A stretch of DNA of 64,000 nucleotides from Spirochaetia bacterium (lineage in GTDB: Bacteria > Spirochaetota > Spirochaetia > SZUA-6 > Bin103): NCBI GenBank assembly GCA_965199955.1, contig CBDATQ010000001.1:1344001-1408000 (forward strand), in the 5' to 3' direction. The notes beneath the pieces are model-generated. The model saw nothing but the letters and a program-made list of their open reading frames with translations. It had not been told where the DNA came from and made no database searches. Positions 30,462-40,412 of this stretch are shown here, piece after piece. Position 1 is the stretch's first letter; each line of letters starts with the position of its first letter. A program made the position numbers and the translations under genes.

Positions 30462-31928
30462 ATGGGACCTACCAACGTGCTGGTGATGTTCTGCGACCAG
30501 CTCCGGCGCGACCTGCTGGGCTGTTACGGGAACCCGCTGGTGCGCACGCCCAACCTCGACGCGCTGGCGGCCGAGTCCGTGGTCTTCGACCGCGGCTACA
30601 CGCCGGTTGCGATCTGCTCGCCGGCGCGCGCCAGCCTGATGACTGGCCTGTACCCGCACCGCCACCACCTCTTCAACAACTCCACTCCCGAGTACTCCTA
30701 CTGCCGGCACCTGCCGCCGTCGGTGCGCGCCATCCAGGACTGGGCCGCCGCCGAGACCGACTGCCAGACCGCCTACTTCGGCAAGTGGCACATCGGGCCG
30801 GCGGAGGACCTGTTCGCCAGCGCCTTCGAGCACACGCAGCGGCCGGGCACGCAGGCGGGCGGGGATCCGCCCTTCCTGGACAGCACGCAGTGGCACCCGT
30901 CCACGGACTACTGGCCGATGGTGCGCTCGGTGGAGCCCGGCCACGCCGGGACCGTGGACGTGCCGGTCGACGAGTTCCCGGACGGACTGGCCGCCCGCTA
31001 CGCGAGCGACTTCCTGGGCAGCCGCGACCCCGACCGGCCGTTCCTGCTGTTCTGCGCCTTTCCCGGCCCGCACGGCCCGTGGCTGGTGCCGGAGGAGTGG
31101 GGGCTGCGCCACGACCCGGCCGACGTCCCGCTCTGGCCCAACCGATTCGACGACTTCAGAGGCAAGCCGATCTACCAGCGCAAACTGGCCGCGCTGGAGG
31201 CGAGGCCGGAGGGGGCCGGCAAACCGCGCTCCGACGACGAGCTGCGCCGCGCGCTCGCCTGCAACTTCTCCTACATCGAGCTGATCGACCACCTGGTCGG
31301 GCGGCTGCTCGACCGGCTGCGGGAGCTGGGCCTCCACGACTCCACGGCGATCGTCTTCACCGCCGACCACGGCGACATGGCCGGCTCGCACGGCTTCGCC
31401 AGCAAGGGCGCCTACATGTACGACGAGATCTACCGCGTGCCGATGATCGTGCGCGTGCCGGGGGCCGAGGCGCGTCGAGCGGAACGCGAGCCGGTGAACC
31501 TGACCGACGTGACCGCCACCGCCGTGCACCTGGTCGCCGGGCGGCCGGTCGCCACCTTCGGCTCCGGGCCGCTGAACGGCGAGTCGCTGGTGGACTTCGT
31601 GCGCGGTCGCGCCCCGTGGCCCCGCCCCGTGCACTTCGCGCAGTATCACGGCGACTGGTACGGTCACTACTCGTCGCGCATGGTGACCGACGGAGACTGG
31701 AAGCTGGTGTGGAACCTGACCGACCGCTGTGAGTTGTACGACCTGTGCGCCGACCCGGACGAGCTCCACAACCGGTTCTACGCGAGCGGCGACCGCCGCG
31801 TGGACGACGCCCGGCGTAGCTACTTCGAGCTCCTGGCGGCCGAGGCCAAGCGCTACGGCGACGCGCAACTCGATCTGCTGGCACCTGAGCTGGAGCTCGC
31901 CGCGGCCGGCGAAGGAGAGGAGTGGTGA
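30462..31928 (+). CDS. Sulfatase (S1, Cys-type)
   Basis: NVLVMFCDQLR, CSPARASLMTG, GKWH, PH, TADHGD. Confidence 0.95.
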   Translation: MGPTNVLVMFCDQLRRDLLGCYGNPLVRTPNLDALAAESVVFDRGYTPVAICSPARASLMTGLYPHRHHLFNNSTPEYSYCRHLPPSVRAIQDWAAAETDCQTAYFGKWHIGPAEDLFASAFEHTQRPGTQAGGDPPFLDSTQWHPSTDYWPMVRSVEPGHAGTVDVPVDEFPDGLAARYASDFLGSRDPDRPFLLFCAFPGPHGPWLVPEEWGLRHDPADVPLWPNRFDDFRGKPIYQRKLAALEARPEGAGKPRSDDELRRALACNFSYIELIDHLVGRLLDRLRELGLHDSTAIVFTADHGDMAGSHGFASKGAYMYDEIYRVPMIVRVPGAEARRAEREPVNLTDVTATAVHLVAGRPVATFGSGPLNGESLVDFVRGRAPWPRPVHFAQYHGDWYGHYSSRMVTDGDWKLVWNLTDRCELYDLCADPDELHNRFYASGDRRVDDARRSYFELLAAEAKRYGDAQLDLLAPELELAAAGEGEEW

Positions 31929-33255
31929 GGCTGCTGTTCATCGACCGGCGCGACCTGCCGGTCGCGTGGGGCCACACGCGCATCGAGGCGACGCCGCTCA
32001 GGCAGATGACCGACCTGTGCGCGCCGCCGTTCCAGATGGCGCTGGCGACCGAGGGCGCCGGCGGCCGCTGGGACGTGCTGGGCTACCGCTGCGGCAAGCG
32101 CACGCCGTGGCAGCTCTGGCGCGCCAGCACCGCCGATGGCAGCACCTTCGAGGACGCGCGGGTCGTCCTGGACTCGAACGACTACACGCTGCCCGACGGC
32201 ACGCACTGGCAACACGTGGCCACCGTAAGCTACAGCCCGGAGCAGGAGCGATTCCTGTGCCTGAAGAACGCGGAGGTGCCGGAGGGCTTCGCCACCTACG
32301 CCTTCTTGAGCGGCGACGGCGAGTCGTGGGAGGAAGCTCCCAAGCGCCCGGTCTACACCGAGGGGGACCGCTGGGGGGCGATCTGGAGCAGCCCGGCCGG
32401 CCGCTACGTCACCTATAACAAGGGCTGGCTGCGCTGCGACCACAAGCGGGTCAATGAGCTGTTCCTGGACGCGCACCGCACGGTCTGCATCCGCTCGAGC
32501 CCGGACGGCCTCACCTGGAGCCCGTCGGCGCCGAACGCCTACAAGCTCGGCATGCGCTGGGCGCGGGGCATGCGCAAGGTCGGCGGGCCGCTGGTGCCGC
32601 GCGAGTTCCACGTGGCGCCGGACGCCGACGATCCGCCCGACCTGGAGTCTACGCCGCGTGGCCGTTCACGTACGCGGGGCGCTACTTCCTCAACGTGCTG
32701 ACCTACTGCGGCAGCTTCCTGCCCAACGGGCTGCCGCCCATGCGCCCCGACGGCCACGGGCCCGGCACCCTGGGCCACGAGCTGTGGGTGAGCGACGACG
32801 GGCTCACCTGGGAGCGCCCGTTCCGGGGACAGGACGTGGGCACGAGCATCCTGGCCGGCCCCATCCAGGCGGCCGGCAAGCTGCTGTTCTACCTGCGCGA
32901 CCAGGTCTGGGGGGTGCCGGAGGACCGGCTGACCAACGTCAGCGCCCGCTCCAACGGCCTGTTCGAGACGCGCACCTTCACGGTGCCGGACCGGCCGCTG
33001 CGGCTCAACCTGCAGCTTCCGGGCGACGGGTTCGCGAACGACAACAACGAGTCGTACCTGATGGCCGAGCTGGTCGACGACGGCGACCGCGTGATCGACG
33101 GCTATGACCGCAACGCCTGCCTGCTGCAGGGGCCGATCGACGCCACCCGGCTGGAGCTGCGCTGGCAGGGCGCCACCTCCGAGCCGCTGGCCGGCCGGCG
33201 GGCGCGGCTGCGGTTCTGTTTCCGCGGCGCGCGGATCTTCGCGGTCACCGCATGA
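31925..33255 (+). CDS. Uncharacterised beta-propeller protein (paralog A); frameshift near 32650
   Basis: SGDGESW, SPDGLTW, SDDGLTWERPF; colinear with the intact paralog at 34269. Confidence 0.75.
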
Positions 33256-33279
33256 GCACAACCGAGTAAGGAGTCCACG

Positions 33280-34272
33280 ATGCAAGCGGCACACGTCACC
33301 GTACCCGGCGCGGTCCGGGTCGACACCTTCCCCGATCCCGATCCGGAGGCCGGCCACGCCGTCGTCCGGCCCGAGCTGATCTCGATCTGCGGCAGCGACC
33401 TGCTCGCGGTCTACGATCAGCCGGACGATGCCTACCCGCTGAACCCCGGCCAGAGCGGCCACGAGATCATCGGCGTGGTGGAGGCGGTCGAGTACCGCGG
33501 CAAGACGGTCTTTCCGTTCGAGCCGGGCGAGCGCGTGCTGGCGACGCCGTCACCGCACGTGGGCATGGCCGAGCGCTTCCCGATCGGCCTCGACGCGCTG
33601 GTGCGGGTTCCCGAGGGGGAGCCGGCCGAGCGGCTGGCGATCGCGCAACCACTGGGCACGGTGATCTGCGGCTGCAACAAGCTGCGCGACGTGGCCGGGG
33701 CCACCGCGGCCGTGGTCGGGCAGGGCGGCATCGGCCTGCTGTTCGACCGGATGCTGCGCCGCATGGGAGCCGGCACCGTGATCGGCCTGGACCTGGTCGA
33801 GGCGAGGCGCGCCGCCGGCCTGCGGTTCGGCGCCGACCACGTGATCGACGCCGCCGGTGACGACGTGCCGGCGGCGGTTCTGGAGGCGTCCGGCGGGGTC
33901 GAGCCGCAGATCGTCATCGAAGCGGCCGGGCAGCCGGCCTCGATCAATCTGGCCGTGGAGCTGGTCCGTCCGTTCGGGCAACTCCTGCTGTTCGGCGTGC
34001 CCAAGAAGCCGGCCTTCGAGTTCTCGTACCTGACGTGGTTCCGCAAGCGGCCGCACATTCAGTCCTCATCGATCAGGGACGGCACCGGCTCCGCGCCGTA
34101 CGAGCTGGCGCTCAACCTGATCGCCCGCGGCGACGTCGACGTCGAGGGGCTGATCTCGCACCGGCTGCCGCTGGCGCGCGTGGCCGACGCCTACGAGCTG
34201 GCGCGCACCTGCGGCGATGGGGCGCTGAAGGTGGCCGTCGACTTCCGCGAGGGCGTCGAGGGCCGCGCATGA
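33280..34272 (+). CDS. Zn-dependent MDR alcohol dehydrogenase
   Basis: ICGSD, GHE, GQGGIG; lacks the structural-Zn Cys loop. Confidence 0.9.
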   Translation: MQAAHVTVPGAVRVDTFPDPDPEAGHAVVRPELISICGSDLLAVYDQPDDAYPLNPGQSGHEIIGVVEAVEYRGKTVFPFEPGERVLATPSPHVGMAERFPIGLDALVRVPEGEPAERLAIAQPLGTVICGCNKLRDVAGATAAVVGQGGIGLLFDRMLRRMGAGTVIGLDLVEARRAAGLRFGADHVIDAAGDDVPAAVLEASGGVEPQIVIEAAGQPASINLAVELVRPFGQLLLFGVPKKPAFEFSYLTWFRKRPHIQSSSIRDGTGSAPYELALNLIARGDVDVEGLISHRLPLARVADAYELARTCGDGALKVAVDFREGVEGRA

Positions 34273-35639
34273 CCCTGCGCTTCTGCCACGCCGACGACCT
34301 GCAGAACGTCTGGGGCCACACCACGATCGGCGCCTCCCGGCTGCGCAAGCTCGCCGACTGCGAGCCGCCGCCGTTCCGGGTGTCGTTCTGCCGGCCGCAT
34401 CGAGGAGGCGGCTTCGACGTGTTCGGCGTGCGCGGCGCCAAGGGCATCCCGTGGCAGGTGCTGCGCGCGGACACCGACGACGGCACGGCCTTTCGCGACG
34501 TGCGCGTGGTGCTGGAAGGCGCGGACCTTCCCAAGCCGCCCAACTCGGAGTGGGCGCATACGGCCACCGTCAGCTACAGCCCGGAGCTTGCGCGCTACCT
34601 GGTGCTCAAGAACAGCCGCGACTACGGCGGCAGCTTCGACACGCACGCGTTCGTGTCCGGCGACGGCGAGCGCTGGGAGCCCAGCCCGCACAACCCCGTG
34701 TACCGCGAGGGCGACAACTGGGGGGCGATGTGGAGCCCGGCCGCGCGCCGCTTCATCTGCTACAACAAGGGGGTCGTCCGCGAACCGGACAAGCCGCTCA
34801 ACGAGCTGATCCGCGACGGCATGCGCACCGTGTCGGTGCGCACGAGCCCGGACGGGCTGCGCTGGACGCCGGACGACCCCAACGACTTCGCCAACGGCAT
34901 GCAGCCGGGGTTCGACTTCTCAGGCGTTGCGGAAATGAAGCGGCTGGGCGGGCCACTGCTGGCGCGCGAGCACCAGATCACGCGCGACGAGCTGGACCCG
35001 CCGGACCTCGAGTTCTACGTCGCCCGGCCGTTCCTGTACCGGGGGACCTGCTTCCTGCAGGTGCTCAACTACGTCGGCAGCTTCATGCCGCCGGGCATCG
35101 CGCCGATGCGGCCGGACGGCCACGGGCCGGGGATGCTCGACACCGAGTGGTGGATCAGCCGCGACGGCCTGCGCTGGGAGCGGCCCTTCCGCGGCATGCA
35201 CGCCGGCTCGGTCGTGATCTCGCACAACCCGATGGCGGCTGACGGGATGCTGCGCTTTCACCAGGGGAACGAGAGCTGGGGGATCGGCGAGGATCGGTTG
35301 ACCTTCGTGCAGACCGTCTCCAACGGCGTGTTCGAGACGCGCACCTTCACCCACGGCGGCGGCTCGTTGCGCCTGAACGCGACGGTGCCGGCGCCGGGCG
35401 TCGACAACGGCGACAACCGCGCCTACCTGATGGCGGAGCTGGTCGACGGCGCGGACCGGGTGGTCCCGGGCTACGAGAAGGAGCGCTGCATCGTGCAGGG
35501 GCCGCTGGACGCGCAGGCGGTGCCGCTGCGGTGGGGTGACGCCACGGGAGCGGAGCTGGAAGGCCGGCCGCTGCGGCTTCGCTTCTACTTCCAGGCCGCG
35601 CTCATCTACGCCGTTTCCAGCGGTCCTCACGACACCTGA
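34269..35639 (+). CDS. Uncharacterised beta-propeller protein (paralog B)
   Basis: SGDGERW, SPDGLRW, SRDGLRWERPF; C-terminal LRLN…YLMAELVD…LRLRFY domain. Confidence 0.8.
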   Translation: MTLRFCHADDLQNVWGHTTIGASRLRKLADCEPPPFRVSFCRPHRGGGFDVFGVRGAKGIPWQVLRADTDDGTAFRDVRVVLEGADLPKPPNSEWAHTATVSYSPELARYLVLKNSRDYGGSFDTHAFVSGDGERWEPSPHNPVYREGDNWGAMWSPAARRFICYNKGVVREPDKPLNELIRDGMRTVSVRTSPDGLRWTPDDPNDFANGMQPGFDFSGVAEMKRLGGPLLAREHQITRDELDPPDLEFYVARPFLYRGTCFLQVLNYVGSFMPPGIAPMRPDGHGPGMLDTEWWISRDGLRWERPFRGMHAGSVVISHNPMAADGMLRFHQGNESWGIGEDRLTFVQTVSNGVFETRTFTHGGGSLRLNATVPAPGVDNGDNRAYLMAELVDGADRVVPGYEKERCIVQGPLDAQAVPLRWGDATGAELEGRPLRLRFYFQAALIYAVSSGPHDT

Positions 35640-35656
35640 CCCGCACGGAGCGCGCC

Positions 35657-36886
35657 GTGCCCGGGGGCTGGGGGTCGTTCCTGACCCCGGATCTGTGGCG
35701 CCTGTTCGCCCATCAACTGCTCGACTCCGGGGCGATGCTGCCGCGCGTCATCGCCACCGGCTGGCTGGTGCTGGAGGTGACCGACGCGCCGTTCTGGGTG
35801 GGGGCCGTGTTCGGCATCGAGGGGCTGGTGCTGCTGTCGTGCGGCGGCCTGGGCGGCGTGCTGGCCGCGCGCGTGGAGCGGCGGCGCACGCTTGCGGCCG
35901 TGCAGGGGGCGCTGGCACTTGTGCTCATCGCGATCGCCGCGCTGAACGCGCTCGAGGTGCTGCGCCTCTGGCACCTGGTGGCCGCCGCGGTGCTGACCGG
36001 CCTGGCACGCTGCCTGCACCTCCCGCTGTCGACCGGCCTGCTGCAGCGTGCGGCCGGCCAGGGGCAGTTGATGCGGGCGATGGGCGCCAAGCAGCTGACG
36101 TTCAACATCGGCCGAATGGCCGGCTCCGCTCTCGTCGGCGTGACCATCTCCGCCCTCGGGTTCGCCGCCGCCTTCCTGCTCCTGGCGGTGATCCGGGCCG
36201 GGGCCGCGGCGGTGCTGGCGCGGCTGTCGCCGGAGCTGGGCCGGCCCGCGCCGGTGACGGGCTCGCGGCCGGTGTTCCTGGACCTGGTGCGGCAGCTCCG
36301 CTACACCCTGCGGGTGCCGCGCGTGCGCGCGGTGTTCGCGATGAGCATGCTGATGGAGTTCTGCGTGTTCTCCGTCAGCTCGATGATGCCGGTGCTGGCG
36401 CGCGACGTGCTGGGCGTGGGGGCCGGCGCCCTGGGGGTGCTGACCGCGGCCGGCTCGTTCGGCGCGATCCTGTTCGGGATGGTGATGACGGCGGCGGGCG
36501 AGCTGCGCAGCAAGGGGTCGGTCGCCATGTTGGCGTGCCTGCTGTGCGGCGTGGCCCTGATCGGCTACGCGCTGTCGCGCTGGTTCCTGGTTTCGGTGGG
36601 GATCGCGGTGGTGCTGGGCGTGGCGATGATGGTGTACGACGTGATGCTCTTCACGCTGGTGCAGGTGACAGTGCCGTCGTCGCGGCGGGACCAGTCGACG
36701 GGGCTGCTGGCGCAGACCTTCGGGCTCAACCCGGTCGGCTCGACCCTGGCCGGCGCGGTGGCGCAGGTGGCCGGCATGCCTGCGGCGCTGCTCGCGGCAG
36801 GCGGCATCATCGTCGCCTACACGCTGGCCGTGCTCGCCCCCAAGCGCCGCCTGTGGGACCGGCCCGAGGCGCGCAAGCCGGGCTGA
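35657..36886 (+). CDS. MFS transporter
   Basis: About 12 hydrophobic segments; GGVLAARVERRR loop motif. Confidence 0.88.
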   Translation: MPGGWGSFLTPDLWRLFAHQLLDSGAMLPRVIATGWLVLEVTDAPFWVGAVFGIEGLVLLSCGGLGGVLAARVERRRTLAAVQGALALVLIAIAALNALEVLRLWHLVAAAVLTGLARCLHLPLSTGLLQRAAGQGQLMRAMGAKQLTFNIGRMAGSALVGVTISALGFAAAFLLLAVIRAGAAAVLARLSPELGRPAPVTGSRPVFLDLVRQLRYTLRVPRVRAVFAMSMLMEFCVFSVSSMMPVLARDVLGVGAGALGVLTAAGSFGAILFGMVMTAAGELRSKGSVAMLACLLCGVALIGYALSRWFLVSVGIAVVLGVAMMVYDVMLFTLVQVTVPSSRRDQSTGLLAQTFGLNPVGSTLAGAVAQVAGMPAALLAAGGIIVAYTLAVLAPKRRLWDRPEARKPG

Positions 36887-37077
36887 CCGGATGCGCGGCG
36901 GGGCTCATCTGACTCAGACCGAATTCGACGGCCGCTGCGAGTGGATGCGAAACCTCTGGCGGAGCGAAAGCGCCCGCGCCCGCGTGGACGCTTACTCTGT
37001 CGATGGGGCACGACCTGCGGCGGCCGCACGACGAGAGTGGGTGCCGTGGTAATCTGTAGCGGTACGGGGGAAAGCGA

Positions 37078-37923
37078 ATGGCCACCTCTCTGCTGGCACC
37101 GGCCCAGGTCGACTATCCGAGCTCCGACGGCCGGCCGATGGCGGAAAGTGATCATCAGCGCACGCCGCTGACCTACGCGGTGGACCGGTTGCGGCATCAC
37201 TTTCGCGACCGTGACGACGTGTACGTGTCGGGCAACCTGTTGATCTACTACGAAGAGGGCAACGTGGGTGCGCGGGTGGCGCCGGACGTGTTCGTGGTGG
37301 TGGGGGCGCCGAATCGGGACCGTTCGAGCTACCTGCTGTGGAACGAACCGAAGGGCCCGGACTTCGTGCTGGACATCACGTCGCGGAGGACGTACCGGGA
37401 GGACCAGGGGCGCAAGCGGGAGTTGTACCGTTCGCTGCGGGTGCAGGAGTACTGGCAATACGACCCGACGCAGGACTACCTGCGGCCGCCGCTGCAGGGG
37501 TTGGAGTTGATCGGGGAGGAGTATCGGAGGCTGCCGGGCAGTGCGTTGCGGGATGGCACGCTGGCGCTGGCCAGCCGGGTACTGGGGCTGGAACTGGGGC
37601 TGATGGAGCGCGGGCTGAGGTTCCACGATCCGAAGACGGGGCAGGACCTGCAGGATCTCGCGGAAACGGACGAGGCACGGCAGCGAGCCGAACAGGAGTG
37701 TCATCAGGAGCGGCAGGCACGGCGACGAGCTGAACAGCAACGGCAGCAGGAGAGGGCGGCGGCGGAGACGCGATTCGCGCAAGAAGCTGCCGCCCGCGAA
37801 GCAGCCGAAGCACGGGTGGCTCAACTGGAGGCGTTGCTGCGGCAGGGGCCCGGCAGTGATTCCGGGGGGAGTGATTCCGGGGGGAGTGATTCCGGGGGAA
37901 GTGATTCCGGGGGAAGCGGGTAA
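37078..37923 (+). CDS. Uma2 (DUF820) family endonuclease with a coiled-coil tail
   Basis: YPSSDGRPMAES, VAPDVFVV, PDFVLDITS, EYWQYDP. Confidence 0.92.
   Translation: MATSLLAPAQVDYPSSDGRPMAESDHQRTPLTYAVDRLRHHFRDRDDVYVSGNLLIYYEEGNVGARVAPDVFVVVGAPNRDRSSYLLWNEPKGPDFVLDITSRRTYREDQGRKRELYRSLRVQEYWQYDPTQDYLRPPLQGLELIGEEYRRLPGSALRDGTLALASRVLGLELGLMERGLRFHDPKTGQDLQDLAETDEARQRAEQECHQERQARRRAEQQRQQERAAAETRFAQEAAAREAAEARVAQLEALLRQGPGSDSGGSDSGGSDSGGSDSGGSG
37855..37914 (+). repeat. 4 x 15-bp tandem repeat encoding SDSGG
   Basis: AGTGATTCCGGGGGR x4. Confidence 0.95.
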
Positions 37924-37935
37924 GGACCAGGCCGC

Positions 37936-38866
37936 TCAGGCGCCGTCGACCAGGCCGAGCTGCTGCGCCAGCTCGCGGAGCTCCCGCTGCAGCCACGGCG
38001 GTGCGTTGAGGTAGGGCGGCCGCACCACGGGCGAGTCGAACAGCCCCTTCCAGTGCAGGATGTGCTTGCACACCGAGAAGGCATAGGGGTCCGGGGTGCA
38101 GTAGGCGATCATCGGCAGCATGCGGTGGTAGAACAGCCGCCGCGCCTCGTCCCACGCCTGCGCCTGCGCCAGGCGGTGCAGCTCCACCTCGCGCTCCGGC
38201 ATGAACGCCGCGCTGCCGGCCACGACGCCGTCGCTCCCGGAGACGTAGGCCGGCAGGGAGAAGGTGTCCCAGCCGCAGATGTAGGAGAGCTGCGGGGCGG
38301 CCCGCTTGAGCTGGTCGAAGGCGTACACATTGCCGCTCACCTTGACGGTCATGATCCGCTCGATGGACTCCACCAGCGGCAGAACCTCACCCGCGACGTC
38401 GGAGGTTTCCTTCGTTGGTCTGGTCATAGAGCATGACCGGGATCCGCTCGGCGATCTGGCTGAAGAAGCCGTGCAGGTCGCGCTTGCCGAATTTCTTGGT
38501 CATGGCGAAGTCGGCTCCACAGCGGGCGGCAAGCTCGGCAGCGGGCACGCCGCGGTCCTCCTCCACACTGATGATGCCCATGCCCACCGGGATGCGACCG
38601 CGGACGTGCGCCAGGACCATGGTCAGCACATCCTCGATCTCCTCCAGGCTCTGTCCTTCGAACTCCCCGGCCTTGCCGCAGGCGACCACCGCGGACACTC
38701 CGGACTCCAGGGCGAAGTCGAGCTGCCGTTGCATGCTCGCGGCGTCGAACCGCTTCCCGTCGGCCGTGAACGGCGTGAACAGGAGCGTGATCACGCCCCT
38801 GACCGCCTGTCCGTTGCCGACGCTGCGCAGTGTCTGCGCCGGTGTGCTGGTTGCCATGTCGCTCAC
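37936..38866 (-). CDS. DHDPS/N-acetylneuraminate lyase family aldolase or dehydratase; frameshift near 38400
   Basis: LFTPF, CGKAGEF, PVMLYD, Schiff-base Lys in TVKVS, GSDGVVAG, VRPP. Confidence 0.85.
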
Positions 38867-40272
38867 CTCCGTCTGCTACGTCCGGCGGCGCGGCGCACCA
38901 GTCCGTAGGGGGCCGTGCGCGCCCGGGTCGGCTCGGCGCCGGGCCAGCGGGCGCCTTCGCGCGCGGGTGCCAGCAGCCGCTTAAGCGTCTCCGCCAGCCG
39001 AGGCGGGAGTCCGTCACCTGCGCCGGCGATCCGCGCCGCCAGGTAGGCTGCGCCCACGTTGGAGTAGGAGTTGCCCAGTCCGGAGAAGCCGGCCAGGCCG
39101 TGGATGCGCCGATCGGCGTCGAACACGCCGATCGCCGGCAGTCCGTCGTAGGTGAACGCCTGCAGCCCGCCCCAGCGGTGGGTGATCGGCGCATCGGCCA
39201 GGTGAGGGAACAGCTCGGCCAGCAGCGCCTGCAGACGCCGCTGATGCGCCAGGGTCGGCTGGAATCCGGCGCTGCCGATGCGGGCGTTGCGGCGGCCGTC
39301 GGCCGCGTACTGGGGGAACAGGCTGTCCGGCTCGTCGCGGTTGCGTGCGCCGCCGAACAGCAGCCGGAAGCGGCCGTCGGCCTCGTTGACCTCGCGCCAC
39401 CATGCGGTGCCTGCGGCGAAGCAGCCTCGGCAGGGACGCTCAGTCATGGGCGCGGTTACCAGCACCTGCCCACGCTCGGCGCGCAGCGTGCCGGTGAGCG
39501 CCGGCAGGAGCTGGGGAACGAGCGCGTTGGTGGCGACGCACAAGTGGGCGGCGCTCACGCTCCCGTGCCGGGTGCGTATCAGGTGAGCGGCGTCGGCGCC
39601 GGAGGACTCCACGGCAACGACCGGCGACGCCTCGAAGATGCGCACCCGCGGGGAGCGCGCCACGGCGGCGCCCAGCCCCACGACGAACCTGCCGGAGTGG
39701 AACTGCGCGTCGCGGTGGAAACGGATGCCGCCGGCGAATAGCGGGCTGCCGGTGACAGCGCGCGCCGCGGCGTCGTCGAGGTACTCGGCGGCAAAGCCGT
39801 CCTCCGCCATCAGGGACGCATCGCGCCGCAGCGGCGCAAGCGCCGCTTCCAGGGCGGGATGGTCGCCGCGCACCAGCACGCACTCGCCTGATACCTCGTA
39901 GTCGCAGGAGATGCCGTGGCGGGCCATCTGCTCTTCCAGCAGGTCCTGGTTGTGGTGGCTGAGCTCGACCAGGGAGCGCGCCACGTCGCGGGAGCCCCGC
40001 GCCACCATCTCCCCGTAGGAGAGCGGCAGCCCGGTGACGATGCAGCCCTGGTTGCGCGAGGATGCGCCTTCGCCCACCTGCTTCGCCTCCAGCACGACAC
40101 AGTCCAGACCGTGTTCCGCGGCGTCGTCGGCCACCTTCAACCCGGCTATCCCGGCGCCCACGATCGCCACGTCGGTGCGCACGTCGCCGGCCAGCGCCGG
40201 ATAGCGTGGCCGCTCGATGTCCAGCCAGAAGGGCAGGCCATAGCCGGTCAGGTCGATGTCGTGTGGCACCAT
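38863..40272 (-). CDS. FAD-dependent oxidoreductase (DAO/PuuB-like)
   Basis: DVAIVGAGIAG, GASSRNQG, WGG…TYDGLP, GFSGLG. Confidence 0.9.
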   Translation of the reverse strand: MVPHDIDLTGYGLPFWLDIERPRYPALAGDVRTDVAIVGAGIAGLKVADDAAEHGLDCVVLEAKQVGEGASSRNQGCIVTGLPLSYGEMVARGSRDVARSLVELSHHNQDLLEEQMARHGISCDYEVSGECVLVRGDHPALEAALAPLRRDASLMAEDGFAAEYLDDAAARAVTGSPLFAGGIRFHRDAQFHSGRFVVGLGAAVARSPRVRIFEASPVVAVESSGADAAHLIRTRHGSVSAAHLCVATNALVPQLLPALTGTLRAERGQVLVTAPMTERPCRGCFAAGTAWWREVNEADGRFRLLFGGARNRDEPDSLFPQYAADGRRNARIGSAGFQPTLAHQRRLQALLAELFPHLADAPITHRWGGLQAFTYDGLPAIGVFDADRRIHGLAGFSGLGNSYSNVGAAYLAARIAGAGDGLPPRLAETLKRLLAPAREGARWPGAEPTRARTAPYGLVRRAAGRSRRR

Positions 40273-40314
40273 CAGCTCGCACTGTACCCGATGCCGGGCC
40301 GTTGCGGATGCGGA

Positions 40315-40398
40315 CCGTTCGTGATCGTGGCGGTGCTCTGCTACAACTTGGTCGGCGACGGCGTGCGCGACGCCGCCGACCCGTTCGGCCACCGCTGA
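40315..40398 (+). pseudogene. Orphan 3' end of a DppC/OppC permease
   Basis: FVIVAVLCYNLVGDGVRDAADPFGHR*, similar to the C-terminus of 57562-58701. Confidence 0.75.
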
Positions 40399-40412
40399 CA
40401 GGGAGGCTACCC

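Noticed and set aside
37855..37914. CRISPR array
   Set aside because: Contiguous 15-bp units with no spacers, in frame within a gene, and no cas genes.
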